Below are positions 49,296 to 63,800 of a stretch of 64,000 bases of DNA, piece after piece (within the stretch, counting starts at the first letter, position 1; each line of letters starts with the position of its first letter). Source of the DNA: Balanoglossus misakiensis (Eukaryota > Animalia > Hemichordata); NCBI GenBank assembly GCA_040954595.2, contig CM082597.2, forward strand, positions 3,378,014 to 3,442,013, given 5' to 3'. Both the position numbers and the translations under genes were made by a program. The notes beneath the pieces are model-generated. The model worked only from the letters and a program-made list of their open reading frames with translations. It had not been told where the DNA came from and did not search any database.

Positions 49296-51287
49296 GCAAC
49301 GTCAAAACACATCACATCAACGACAGACTCCATGGCTGTGATTGATACAGGAACGGTGAAGATACGTCAGTTTGATGAGATTTAAGAGTAGTCAGTCGTC
49401 CAACAACAGCTGTGTTAATTTTACGATAAAAGTATTACATCTGCGCAAAATTTATCATGGTACTCACTGCCTATCATTAGCATTCTCACAACAAATATGC
49501 AAAAGCTATAAAATTAAACGATTTCGTGGAGTATGTGAAAAAATCTGACTGCTTTAACGGTTAATACTAAAACACGATTAACTATCATTTAAAACTGACA
49601 GGGTTCTGACATTGTTCTTAAGCAAACTGCAAAACAGTTCGATGACGTAATTATTTAACGTCATGCCGCTGGCTACAAGCCAAAAATTGACTTTCCACAG
49701 CTAAGTTGTTTATATACTTCCGTGATTTTTGAATGAACAAGGAAATCCACAGGGACAGGAACAATGGCGTCCCCGTTGGGAAAATGTGTTTAAATACACG
49801 CCGAATCTCATGTGATGAATGTTGAATGCATTTCATGGAAGCTGTCTGCGATTTCTAAGTATGCCTCCAAGTCCTTGCCATATCGTTCTTTCATTCCGTA
49901 ATTAAAAAAATCGAAATTTCAAACCAGAGAGAACTGATTTGACTTGATGGTTGGCAGGTGTTTAGAAATCCGATTTAGTTAGGGAAAACTAACCGCGCCA
50001 AAAAACCAGCGTTTCAATTTTCGTCGAAATGGATTAATGTGAATACGCCCCACAAATGTATTCAATGTTTTACTTTACTGCTTATTTTTATCATCTCCTA
50101 TAAAGTTATATTTCTCAAAAAATGATTGACGAGTCCCCTCGTCAGTCACAAATTGGATTCTTGGCTTTTGATGTTCTCTTAGTCCTCGCGGGAACGAGGT
50201 CGTCAAAGCAACACGTTTTCAATCCTGCTTCGCAAACATCGCATGTGCTTCTGGCCGTTCTCTCCCCGAGATGAGAAGAGCTTTGACGAAGTGAAAAATC
50301 ACATTAAAGTGCCAGCGGCTGTACCAAGGCTAGAGTTACCACTCACAAAACAGTATTCGGGATTCACACGCGTGAGGCGCACCTGGGAATCAGTAATCCA
50401 AGAAGTGGGGGGGGGGGGGGAAACAGTGGGGAATACTTTTTTCAAATCGAAAACATCTGCCCTTTCCGTATGTCCTCATGTTTGACTTCGAGAGATTAGT
50501 AAAGGGTGTATAGTGAAGGCTAACACTGGCCATGGGAAGGTATAGGTACACAGTTAATACAAAACTAGAGAACCATTTGAAAGTTTTGTAGTAATGGGTT
50601 ATTTTGTTCTCCACTCCACTCGTAATAGTGAGGACACATGCGTCGTTGTTTTGAACATGCTTATTGAGTAGGTATGACCTAACGTCGATTTTGATTTCAA
50701 ATAGTTGCTGTCATAGAATGTGTTGTGCAGCAGGTAATGGCGTCTTCAATTGGCATCCGTTCGGTAATTACTGGAGGAAACAGCATTGTTGCAACACTTA
50801 ACGAAACATGTCATTACAGCGAGGCAATTAGGAATTGGTGTTCGAAAATCAACCTTGCCACTTACATTTTAAGTATCGTCTTTCGGTGACAAAAATAAAA
50901 TTGAAAGGTTTTGACAACTAATTCACCGTTTAGCAATGCGGACGTAATGACATTGCTGTTCGATTGCTCTCGCTGAGGAGAACGACAGGAAGAGTGTTGG
51001 GGGCCATTTTGTGTTCAGGTCAAAGGTCGTTCTACACTCTTCTGATTCAGTATTTAGGCTGTAAACCCGTGACACTGCGAATCATGTTTATAATGGAAAT
51101 GGTGAATTTCTGTCGCTGCTCATTTCTCTAGTAGGGCTTACATACTTCGTCGTTAATTTTTGAATGAATGACCGTCTCGCTTTCTATGGAGTCAAGAAAA
51201 ATGGCGTGTGCCGGTTAGTGCCCTGTCAAGAGCGTGAAGTTGTCCTCTGTGAAAAGTTGCATTAAGTTTCCTTTTACAGCAATACCA

Positions 51288-51337
51288 TACAGTACAGTAC
51301 AGTACAGTACAGTACAGTACAGTAAATTACAGTACAG
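51288..51337. repeat. (CAGTA)n pentanucleotide microsatellite
   Basis: Directly visible. Confidence 0.9.
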
Positions 51338-52239
51338 AAAAGATGTGTAAAGTACAGAACAGTATACCGTACTTACAAAACACAAATACAGAAAACAGAT
51401 CAATCAATCAATCAACCCCACAATTACTGAAATTGTAAAATTATTTTTAGCACCAATTCAGATTGATCTGCTCTGTCAGGCACATCTCTGCCCCTAATAA
51501 ATTACATCTTCAATTTAATCAATCAACAGTGTTGTCCGTCAGTGAATGTCCTCCAAATTGAAACCTCATAGTCTGACGAAAAATGATGAGCAAGTTAGGT
51601 GGGATACAAATTTCCCTCCCTGCAAAACGCGCCCATTTTATGTAGTCCATGTTTTAAAGTCATTAACAATAACACAATCAAAACATGTCCAGAAAATTGG
51701 AAGCTAAATTTTGGACAAAAGAGACAACACTTATAAGGCCTGCAAGCTCCGTGTTACATTAAAATTGATGAAAAAAACGACTTTTACTGGAGATATTCAC
51801 AAAATGACTTGCTATGAACCCATGTTTTAATGAATACATAAATTTAGTACGTGCTGTAATGGGTTACTTTATCAAGTTTTTAATCAAAATGTCCAAACAC
51901 CATAAATCAATCGCTGTTGGAGTTGAACCTGTTTTGTCAAGGTTCACATGGTGCACATTGTAAAAGATAATGCAATTTTTATTCATCACAATTCCAGTCA
52001 TAATGACGGGCGAAAGGAAAGGGGAAAACACACTTTAATGAGGCTAGCATAACTGTATGAATTTTCTAGAATATTGGAACAACCACCCACATCTATTACA
52101 ACGATATCTGATAATGAATCTGCCAAAGTTGTGAACTCTTACTCAAAACTTTTAAGTATAAGTATTGCTGACCTCTTTAACTAACGATTCAGTGCTGGAA
52201 TCCGAGTTTAATTTGTACAGTAGTGTACGATATTGTACA

Positions 52240-52275
52240 GTGTGGTGTGGTGTGGTATGGTATGGTATGGTATGG
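52240..52275. repeat. (TGGTG)/(TGGTA)n pentanucleotide microsatellite
   Basis: Directly visible. Confidence 0.85.
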
Positions 52276-53231
52276 CTCATTTATAAATCATGTATATTAT
52301 GAAAAATTATCCAGTCCAAAATGTATGACAAAAGTGCATAATTAGTGGGAAATTACGTGCATCGAGCCATGAGCTATGCAACTCTTAAATTGACAGGTAA
52401 TTGTAATTTAACTAATTAATAGCAGTGTAAACATTTCCATAATGGGAGTCAGTTGTCTAATTATTAACAGGCTTTTGTAGGTATTTTGAAAGTGGCAGCT
52501 TTGTCACCTTACATTCTCCGGCTCAAAATGTGATAAAACCAGTCCGTGATTCACAAGTTACTGATATTGTATTGAAATTGGCTCGTGCTATGGTCAAATA
52601 GTGGGTAACGACCCGATGGCACGGTCGCAAATCATGATTTCAGTGTTGTAACCAGTGCTGACTTAAAAGTATTACAGCACGACAACTGTGACGTAAGGTG
52701 TTGCGTAGAAACCCTAGTTGAGCTTAGAATTGAAAGCAGCTAGCGACTCGTTAAATTAACTTATTTTTCAAAATGATTCCTCGAGTCATACTGCGGTCAA
52801 GCCAGGACATTGAAAGTAAAAAACCCTCGTTTACATAGTTACGTCACGTTTGCGTAAAAATGTTCGACTTTTATTGTCGCCATGAAATAAGTTTTCATTC
52901 GCAAAATTGAATTGGTGTCGTGTGGGTTTTATGTTTAATAGTGTGGTTATATAAAACTCACTTAATTTTATGGAAGTATGATTCATTAGACGTGGTCAGA
53001 CAACGCTAACGGATATGTTATATTCTGTGCAATGTTTCTGTTCTGAAGGCGAAGACGTAATAAAGCATACAAGATTAATGATTTGCCAACATACAATTTG
53101 AAACTGCCCTCTAGATGTTTTCATTTGGTACTTGTTAAATGGTCGTCAAATTCTCAAGAGAATTTATAACAAGCGTCACATAGACTTTTGATTCGCGTCT
53201 CCATACTTCTACAGGAAAATCGCAAATGCTG

Positions 53232-53268
53232 TCATCATTATCATCATCATTGTCAAAATCATTGTCAA

Positions 53269-53309
<41 letters not shown>

Positions 53310-53349
53310 CCACCACCACCACCACAACAACACCATCGTCATCACCATC
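53232..53349. repeat. (CAT)n/(CAC)n trinucleotide microsatellite
   Basis: Directly visible. Confidence 0.9.
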
Positions 53350-53852
53350 CTGCTCGTCAATCCATAGCCTCCTCTGTCGCCAATCAGTCTATCCCTACAC
53401 GAGTTTCCTCTCTGATAATTATCGTAGCTTTCCTCCGACCAAATGACTCTTTGACAGAGTTCACCAGTCTCTCCAAACTGCGCACCAACCGATCATTTAG
53501 CGAGCTTAATTTCCCGCCATTGAAGTCGTCGACATTATTCTCCCCAGTGACAGTTCATTTATTCTATTACATTGACCTTACGTGACCTTCACCAACGTGA
53601 AGGGAGCGTAATAAACGAACTGTCACTTGCGTTTACCATTTGATTATGTCCAAGTCTTTACCGATCAGAACACAGTAATACATCAACTATTTCAGTGCTT
53701 AAACATTTATCATTAATGCCTGGTTTATATCTGTTTCACAGATTAAAGTATTTGTTATATCAAGATATACAAAGTTAAGTACCAGCGCCACAAAACAGGC
53801 ATATAAGTTTTATTCCTAATCACTGCAAGAACAGATAATTGTATATAATGGA

Positions 53853-53930
53853 CTAGCCTTTCGTATACAGGTCTGTGTGTTCCCAGCGCTACACGACCGG
53901 GAACACATAACACTGTACACAGGACTACTA
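53853..53930. mobile_element. Degenerate copy of the 17664-17758 hairpin MITE
   Basis: TACAGGTCTGTGTGTTCCCAGCGCTACACG...CCGGGAACACATAACACTGTACACAG matches the arms of the intronic copy. Confidence 0.7.
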
Positions 53931-54735
53931 TTGGATGCAAGGAATTGAAAGTTTGAAAGCTCAATAGTTGCTATCGGAAACGATATATAGGAATGCTGTC
54001 TGTCTCACAAATGGCGACATCATGAAAACATAATGAAAACCCACAGAAAGATATCACCTAGCCAGGGCAAATAGGATTTTGACAACCACATGGTGTGAAA
54101 ACTTTGGCTAAACATATTTAGATACAGGTTTGTTGTTAAAATGATAGATGATATCATCATGATCTTTTTCAATCGAATAAAATTTCACCGCCGACATGTA
54201 TATGAATTATGATTGAATCGAATTACATTGCCGTAGGTATGCTTGTAAGCCTTTAAAACATCCACACAGTGTCCAGAACGATTAATGTAAACACGATCGA
54301 CAGTTTTGTGTATTCAATAAGAGGAGATTTGTAATTGACACTATCGCATGACAAAGATTTATGGGACCTGGTTATATATTTCTGGAAAACTCAGAGGATT
54401 GCTTGAGTTGATGCTAATTAAACCGGAATTCGTGGGTTGGGGATATTTACAACTGACAACCCACTCGGTGGAATTCGCCCCGTGTTGGGATAAGCAGACA
54501 AGCGCCAGTGGTCATGGCAAACATGAATGTTAAAAAAAGGATCACAGTACAGTGAGTATAGACAGAAGCCAATGCATCGTGATGTTTTTGTGTAGTCAAC
54601 ATTCCATAAATCTGAAATCTGTCTCCTTCAGCACAGAATGGGATTAAGCAAACTACGCTGCACTACGTCCCACGTACACGTTTTACGACGGTGAAATGTC
54701 ATACAACACGCATGGGCAACGCAGAATATGTCCTG

Positions 54736-55081
54736 GAGGTAATATGCCCTTCGAAAATCATGATCTTAAACTTTTAAAAACAGATTGTGTTCCAGGCAAT
54801 TTTAGAATACTCGGTCTTAAAATTGAGAGTATAAAGTTGGGATAACCGTGCACAATTTTGGATGAGAGGAATAAACTGTTTTGAATTCAAAATGGCCGCC
54901 AATGTCTACGTTGACTCTATGGAGAAAATGTAAAATATTAATTTTTATTTTTAAAGATGGTGAACAACCAATTTTTTTCCTTTTTTGGAAACACACACTT
55001 TAATATTGCAAAGAATTCACAGTTTTGGAGGACTATATTTTTTTCTTTAAAAATCGGTCCCTGAGGCTCAAACTACCTTAA
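54736..55081 (+). mobile_element. ~350-bp non-autonomous DNA-transposon-like repeat ending CTACCTTAA
   Basis: Degenerate inverted ends GAGGTAATATGCCC / GAGGCTCAAACTACCTTAA. The core AAAATGGCCGCC..TTGACTCTATGGAGAAAAT is shared in reverse with 58949-58988. Confidence 0.55.
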
Positions 55082-58000
55082 GTCATCCCGAAGGCTCTGA
55101 CATGAGGTATGATGAACAGCCCATAAAATGCATTCCCCGGCCACTTGGCTTGTTTGCATTCACAACAGTCTGTAGTTGCTTTACTCCCGCAACTGGTACA
55201 TTTCATCTTTGATAAGGGAAACACGTGACCTGTATAGAGGACACAACTATTTCCCGTCTCCTGGACGATGTCTATTTTAATCAACTTATCACCAGATTAC
55301 ATGTTTACTAGCGAGTTCTTTACCTCATGCTTGTACAGCACAGATCAAGTGTATTAGACACGTGTTGCAGCAACAAAGTTACGAGGAGTCCTATAGTATT
55401 GTTGTTAAGAATTGATAACTGAGTGCAAATAGGTTTATAGGATCACACCTCTAAGCGGCGACAGTTTTAAACTCTCTAGGGAGTTCAGTTTTTTCTCTAT
55501 GTGTGGCCAACCTTAATTGTTCACAGATTCGCACATCAAGGAAGCACCTTAAACACAACACTACAAAGCAACCGACAAAGGAAACGACTCCCGTATCCAA
55601 GATGCCGTATGATAACCTACCCTATAAAAGATATCACACACACGCGATGCAGTGGATGTGAAAACGAGTACGCCAGCCCACGACTGATATCGATGATAAA
55701 ATTTTATACCCACTAAACAAATTAAACTTTCACATGAGGACAGGGTTTAATGTTACATGTAATTCGTCTCTCTCGAATCGGCATCATAAAGTTCAATATG
55801 ACCCACAGTTCAATAAATCAAACAAGTTTTTGCGGTTGAACCACAGAGAAAGGTCTGCTTTTTGAGGTCACATTGCCTACTTTATGAGTAGCCATTTGAG
55901 CAAAAAGCAGGTTGATAAACAAGGATAATAGAAGGAAGAAAAGAGTACATTGATATACATTGACTAAATACATACCTACATACCTACATACATACTATCA
56001 TCTTTGTCTTCATGAATGCGACAGTCACAAGATTTAGACTGAGATGAGATAGACACAGATAAACAGACATACAACTGGAGAGACAGACAGTCTGAAGAAT
56101 AATATTTGACATTTCAAACCTATCAGGCAAATCGTGACATATTATTTATGCCAGTACTAAGCACTGTACGTTTCTCAATACTGCCCGGCTGTAGTGAATA
56201 AAAATAACATACAGCGGTACACATCAAATCCATGACTTCCCTTTGTCGCCTGGCCCACTCTCTCAATCACTATGAAAATAACTCTCACTAACAACAAAAT
56301 TAGCCGCACTTGCTGTAAATTGTTAAAGGAAGAAAAAAAACATGTTCACAAGGGAGATGGTGTTTTCTTTGCCCGGTGAGCCACTTGACCGTACTCCAGT
56401 CAACTCGGCGACGGCACTCACAAAACCAATTCCATAGCTAATATTGCTCTTTCCATCATTTATTAAATACCCCCGTGGATTTAACTGCGTCTGCGAACGA
56501 GAGTCCCTCCACCAAATCAACGCTAGTAAAAGAACATGATAATTTGTTCTTTGCTGCAGAATTTATCGTCAGACCCGCTTGGTTGCCGCTCGATGGGTTG
56601 GAGCCAGGCAGGCGCCGAGGTCGTTACAACAGGAGACAAGCGGCTATTCGCAGGACCAAACGCCAGGACTTTTTTCCAAGATCGTTCGGGCTGACTTTTG
56701 CCCGGGCTTCTCTTGCAAAAGTCACAATGTAGAAATCAAACGGTTAAGGCCCAGGCAAGACAGATGAATCATCCCAACTATGCAAAAGTTCAGTAGTAGG
56801 GTTAATCAGTTTGTTAGGTCTCCGTGACAATCATAAATCAAAGGTTTTCATATAATATAGTATAACCCAAGAACAGCCACATTGCTTTCTTTTCTTTCTT
56901 ACATGTAGCTCAAACAAGTAAACTGCATGAAACCACATTCTACATCAGTTGCATTGTAAAGCCACCTATAGACCATTGTCTGAACTCCACGAGCACTTAA
57001 TATATGAGGCACAGGACCAACAAAGCATGGCCCATCTCATTAAACGGCAAAAAAGTTACAATTTTTGCTAAACTCTGCAACTATTCTACTTTCCTACAAA
57101 GCCTGACTTGTATTATTTCCAAGCAACTTGTTGCTATGGTAATTATTAGTAATCAAGTCTAGCAAGTCCCGCGAGATCTCGCAATGAGCGGAAACCATCT
57201 ATTCCACCGGAAACCAGAATACTGCGATCGTTGATGCAGTCGGTAATGCTTCAGTAGGGAATGGTGTATACTGCTGACAATTTCAAATCATGTTCCGTTC
57301 AGGTGCATTTACAAGCAGGCAGGGACATTAATATCCATGGGCAGCATTCTCGTCACGGCTTATATCAGGTGCACTTGTATCTGTACTTCATAAAAAACTG
57401 ATTAAAGTTGTTATTCATTTTTAGTAGAACGCGTATTCGTGACATAGCCTTCACGGCTTGCATACAGCTCCAACTGGGCAAGAGTCGGCAGTTGTAAGGA
57501 TGGCTTCTGCGCACAAGTTATTGCGCAGTTCATCGGTATCCTACGCCGAGTTGACGATACTTATGCTCAAATGGGGGATGCGCCATCTCACGATGAACAT
57601 TAATTCATAAAGTGATTTGTAGTCTCACGATCGAAAAGGGAGATACATTTACAGCCCGAGTTCTTATTTTATGAATGATTATTTCAATCTCGATATTACA
57701 TACTGCTGCTTTAATAATAATTAAAATTTTAGCAATGATGGAAATGTCAACTCCATGTAACCCTGGCTACAACACTGAAAGGTTGGTGCACTGAACATGG
57801 CATTCAGAGCACCAATAACGCGACTGCAAATAAAGCGGTTGGCTGCGTCAACAGTATCGCGTTATTGCCCTAAGCACTAAACTCATTGGCTGTTACAAAC
57901 ATGTCTATAAAACCGAATGTGCAGAAGAAGAAGAAAAAAATGATGAAAGGTGTAGGTATGCAATATTAATGAATTGTAAAACCTAATACGTGCCATCGCT

Positions 58001-58794
58001 TCGAGGCAACTATCATTCACAGCAGCTACCCACACATAAAAGTACACCCCCACTCTCTTCACACATTGTTTGTACGTTGATTGACACGAACAATTCCCAT
58101 CCACCGTTATTAAGATACTTTCTACTAAGGACGAGCTGAGTGAAGCAATTCTGTTCCTTCCAAACACTGCCTTCTAGTATAACCTAATAATTAAATTAAG
58201 CTTAATTAAATTAAATTAAAATTAAATTAATCAGATCAATATGTTCACATGAATATTTCAGCATTGCTAGCTTCCTTTCTTGAAGTTGGCTTTGTGTTTA
58301 TTGGAATATCATGTATTTGAAGGAGCTTGCCACTGGTAAACTGCATCTTAGCCACATTTCTCTATTGAGAGCAGGAACTTAAGGAAGCAAGCAACTAACC
58401 ATTACATAGAAACTAAAGGGGCAACATATTGGGACTTTAAAGAAATTGAAAGTGAATAATCGCCAATTTGAACATTTTTAGAGGGGAATTGCTTCCACTT
58501 TGATTAAAACTCACTTGATTTTGAACAATCAGATACACTAATGTGGTCGTATGTAACTAGAAAAACCAGTCCAATTTTAATAAGAGGCGCCCTTATCTCT
58601 AATTAGAGATGAAAGATTGCTCCAATCCTTCAATGCTTCGACCGTTCAAATGGGACATATTACACACAAAACATCATCACTGGGCTCCTTCTAGATAATT
58701 TCTTCATAATAGGGTCGGACGTGCGTCATCCGAGCGAATTTTCGACTTGCTCGGGGGGAGGGGGATGGATATGAATCGAATTATGGCATGAACT

Positions 58795-59112
58795 CAAGGT
58801 AGGTATAGTCAGCGCCTTGGGGAGAGTTTCAGAAAAAATGATAGCCCTTCAAACCGTTTCATTCTTGTCTACCGGTATATTGAAAAGAGTGTGCTGTCTT
58901 TTTGAAAACACAGAAGAAAACTGGGTGCTCACCATCATCACTAGTTAAATTTTCTCCACAGAGTAACATATAGCCGGGCGGCCATTTTTAATGTCAAGTT
59001 TGAGAAAATTTATCACAGCGACCCCATTTTATATTCTCAAATTTTAGAGAGAATAATCCAAAGATGTTGATCAAAATATGAGAAAAGCATCTGAGACTTT
59101 CTAGGCGCATAC
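58795..59112 (-). mobile_element. Inverted, diverged copy of the 54736-55081 repeat
   Basis: ATTTTCTCCACAGAGTAACATATAGCCGGGCGGCCATTTT is the reverse-complement homolog of 54889-54929. Ends are AAGGTAG and AGGCGCATAC. Confidence 0.5.
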
Positions 59113-59609
59113 AAAAGTTCAGTGGCCCGGCCATGACACTTGTGTATACACGCACCATCCACTGTGGCAGAGTCTCATTTTATTACCCCTTGGTGTGGTC
59201 ATATTATCTGACATTCTGTGAACATCTCATTTGATGTTTACACAGTGCCTGCACAGTGCATCAGTCTGCCTATTACCAAGCTTATCACGCCGTCAAAAGT
59301 GGATCTATGCAGATGTCAATTCTCAGAGAAAGCCGAGGAAAATACTGAAACGGTCCCAAGGAACCGTCGAAACGTTCAGCCCTCATTGACTTTCATGGCA
59401 GGACCCCAGATCGTCTTGCCTTTGAGGACCTTGGCTATAATTCACAATCCCCAAGATTGCCAGTGTCGCCAACTGCTACCACCTCTATTATTAAGCAGCG
59501 ATGGGTAATCCCCAAGTAACAGTCGGTCAGCTAGATAGTGATCTCCGCTGACACTGTCTTATTCCTGTAGACCAGGAACACGTGTGAAACATTCATATGT
59601 TTCGTGCTC

Positions 59610-59656
59610 TATGTATGTATGTATGTATGTATGTATGTATGTATGTATGTATGCAT
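59610..59656. repeat. (TATG)n microsatellite
   Basis: Directly visible. Confidence 0.92.
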
Positions 59657-60356
59657 GTGTATAGAAACACTCAGGCAGATGCAAGACGTATGACAGATAA
59701 CAACCACAGGTGATTTATAGAAACAATTTACAATGGAATAAAATGAATTGTAACATTTGAAGTCCTAAAAAAGTAATTCACTATTGACATAATAGAGACC
59801 ATCGTATTTCAATGCTAGTATAATTAAATTTATGATATCTTATGATCTGATGATTTGCCAGCATACTGATTTACGATGAAACAGCAGAGGAATAATTGCT
59901 TGGTAACTCATAAATAGTGTTGGCATATTTGTATAAAATAGTTTCTGAAATCTCTCAGTGGCACTCTGGTGATTTGTCAAATATTTTATATTACCCCAGA
60001 GAACCAAGAGATAAATTTATTGATATGGTATATTATATAGTGACAAGGCTTGATATTTTTTTACTACTTCATGTTGTACCGGTATACACAGATGTCGAGA
60101 AAAATCCTTGTGAAAGTACCGGTACAGCAGAAGATGACATTTACTGGCAGGCGACTCACATGTACATAAGGGGGAAGAGAAATCAGGTCACCAGAGATTG
60201 AAAACAATCCAATTTGGTGTCCTCTGTCAGGTAATTGGTCTGTCTCAGGGGTGAAAGACATTAGTGAGTGCTATTAAAGCCTACTTCCAGGACAGAGGCG
60301 ACTGTTGAGATCATTGCTGCAGTAACATGCAGCCAATGTCTGCAGTTTGAGATCTT

Positions 60357-60810
60357 TCAAAGGGGGGATGTCGCCTGAACTGCACATGTGCGACTTTTCT
60401 GTTTATAAATACACCATCAGCATTGTGACTGTTCAGAGAGACCCTGCCAATAGATACATGTTATATCAAAACTGTGATAAAAAGTAACGACACATTATTT
60501 GCCATGATGGAAAGTGTAAAACAAAGTAACAAACACATTGTTTGCAATGATGTACATTGTAGCAGTTACACTACAGTGTAATACAAAGTAACAACCACAT
60601 TACTTTCAATGATGTACATTGTAGCAGTTACACTACAGTGTAATACAAAGTAACAACCACATTGTTTGCAATGATATACAATATAGCAGTTACACTACAG
60701 AGTGATACAAAGTAACAAACACATTACTTGCAATGATGTACATTGTAGCAGTTGGCTTTTGTCTACTTTGCCTCACCAGTAACTGTGTCATATGGGACCC
60801 ATACCTATAG
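60357..60810 (+). mobile_element. Copy of the 62-bp-minisatellite-bearing element (~4 units, 60520-60753)
   Basis: Leader AAAGGGGGGATGTCGCCTGAACTGCACATG resembles 22037 and 47713. ACAAAGTAAC recurs at 60521, 60583, 60645 and 60707. The right boundary is approximate. Confidence 0.75.
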
Positions 60811-63800
60811 CTGAAGAAACATCTCCCCAGAACATGTGTACTCAACTCCAGCTGCATTCGTCCCTTGCATTGTTCAAACAGTGGGGCGATTACAACTTTC
60901 TCCTCAAACAGAACAAATATTACAAATGTATAATGCATTTTCTCTTTGCAATTATCCAAAAATAGCTCGTATTTAAATACACACTCATTATTCACACACA
61001 AACACAGCCTTACTGTGCGAGTTTTAAGCGATATATTCTTCATGAAAGATAGTTTATAGTATTCTCATTCGATCAAATATTCACCTCAACACATAAAAAC
61101 AGAAGTTGTCACTGTATTGGCTGTTCATAAACAGCGCGAGTGAGCTCTCGACCCGGAATTATTTGGGTCACGGCCTAACAAACGAAACGCGTGGCTCTGA
61201 TATGTGTTAATTTACCCCGCCTCACATTGTACAAGCGAAGTTGAAAACGCAATCAACTCAAACAGCAGAGGGCTGTGTTGGTGGATCATCATAATTTACT
61301 ATAAATAGTGCACTGCCTCTCACAACTTCTAAATCATCAATCGCGGTATACAGTGTTCTTCCACTTGAACACGCGATGCACGTATACCCCACGGGCAATG
61401 CCATGTGTGTCACTCTAACTAGGACAGACCCCATCAAAAAATCCCTCCAATAATTAGTTGCAGAACCTGCTTACTTATAAAAACATTTAACAAGGTGGAC
61501 GTTGTTATTCCAATTGCAATTCACTGCAGCTCTGTCTATTGACCCAACATCTTCGCTTTCTAATGAAACGATATGTATATATTCTTTACCGATGAACGAA
61601 ATCACTATTTTTTGACAGCGTACCTGTCAAACATTTCTCCAGTTAATGAACAATCTGCAGAATTTCACGTGGGGTAGACACGGGTAATTAGAAACTTCAG
61701 AGTTCGGTCAATATCTGCACAAGACTGACGTAGATTACGTTTTGTCATTTGCCTTCCATGTGAGGGATTTGCAGTTGCCAGAGTTATTCTTATTACTCGG
61801 CCCATGCCTGCAGGCTAGATCCGCGTCGATGCCACCTTTTCATATTTGCCGGATTATCAGATGAGAAAGGGGGATTAACTGGCAGCCGTTCGAGCAAATA
61901 ACAAGTCACTGCGCAAAATGTTAGCCTGATGGTACACGAGATGGGCAGGAAATGCTAACATGTAACATAATTCGACCGACGTTCATAGAATACGAAAGCG
62001 TACAGCTGTCTTGAGACAGCAGCGGGCTAAGAACAACAACATCACGATTGATTAGGAAGAGAATGCTTCGTCTTTGACTGGCGTGTTTTCATCGATTTGT
62101 ACTATTAACCAAATACGTGGACGTCGGGCGTATGATAATTCGCTAAAGAAAGCCTGACATGCTCGGAGATTGATTATTGGGGAATTTTACAGCACAGGTG
62201 AAGTTGTGCAATCTCTTAAATGATAATCAAGAAATGCATGTTTTCATGATATGTGAATGCTGTCAGGATCTCTGACAAGCGGGAGATGCATTTCATGCAA
62301 GACAATTCTTGCTGCCTCAAATGGGGTTTTGCCACTTAGGCGAGCGATAAAAATCTCACGTGGCCGACAGAATTGAGAGATGGTGTATTTCTACTATGTT
62401 TAATTAATGGTAGTTCAGAGGCAAAATTATAGTTAGGTCACACTGAAATTTTACAGCAGTACTAATTATAAAGACAGAACTTTTAGACTGGGGGAAGTCA
62501 GGAAATACAGCTGACATCATCTATTCAATTTCTTACTACAGTGAGCTGTCTATCTTTTTACCCACAATGCATTTATTATGATGTAATTAGACCCCCTAGC
62601 ACCAAGTAAAAACCTATTTAGTGTTGCTAGATTTGTCTCTCAGTATCCAAGTTAAACCGGTAGTTTTCATGAGCAACCTTTGGATAGTTCCCAGCCATGC
62701 ATACATTGAACTGAAAATATTCTGCACCAATTACCATAGATATAATAGGTATTAATGAGGTTTTGTGAAAGCATGTAAGCAATCTACATGAATATCAGGT
62801 GTCTAAATCTAAAATAGAAATGCGCCAACAATGAAATATTTTGTTCTGGTGATTCACCTTTAGGCTTTTCATCTGCATGTACAGTTGTTAAAATTGTACT
62901 GGGCTTCAAACATTATAATGTATTTTTGTCAATGATGCATCCGTCTGTCGATGCATACATGTATATGTTACATACATTCATACATACATACATACATACC
63001 GGTACGTATGTAAAAAACACATGCATACATCTCGTATCATTACTATTTCTATTGAAATGTCACATGATACCTATCTTTACAAAAATTATTTATACTGGTT
63101 CTGACATGCTATCAGGTGGTAACCTTATGTTTCACCATATTCTACACCTGCTCATTAAAATATATATTACCTGAATAACAAATATACAGCTACCCACCTA
63201 GCGTACTTTTTAAAGTTCAAGAAAGAAGACGCGATCAGCAGTTAACCTATCCTCATTTACCAGCTGGACGTTTCCCACGCAACCCTTAGGATTATAAGAT
63301 GTTCAACGACCCATGCAGGGCGAATTTCTTCGCCTGTTGCAATAGTTACTACAATGAAAATGGATTGAGCTGCACAGAAGGAATGTACTGACCACTGATT
63401 TTGTCTTCAGTCCAGATGATAAGTTAGTGTACTGATTGTATAAATTGTTGCAAATCTCAGTTGAAAAGAAACAGTTTGTGTATAATTTGTTGCAAGTCTA
63501 ACAAAGACGTGTGTTGACACCAGTAGAGATTTTGGGTTGTGTTTTGTTTAGGGTGATACATTGGAAGGTCAGTACATTTTCTTCTATGCAGCTTAATTCG
63601 TTTTCATTGTATTTTGTCATCAAGCTCAAAACCTTTTTGTTTTCAACAGTACAAGTGGATCTACACAAGCAACGGAGAAAGTGGAAAAACAACACAGATC
63701 AACAAATAGCAGACGTCTGCTTGCTTCCATAATTAGACACGTTCTACGTAAACAGGTTTACCGTCCGTGATCGTCGCCGATTTCTATCGCCGCGTGCAGC

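Noticed and set aside
49067-49385. Thr-rich or His-rich ORFs (mucin-like); likewise the Ser-rich ORF at 53226-53585
   Set aside because: Products of CAC/CAT trinucleotide tracts, without supporting gene structure.
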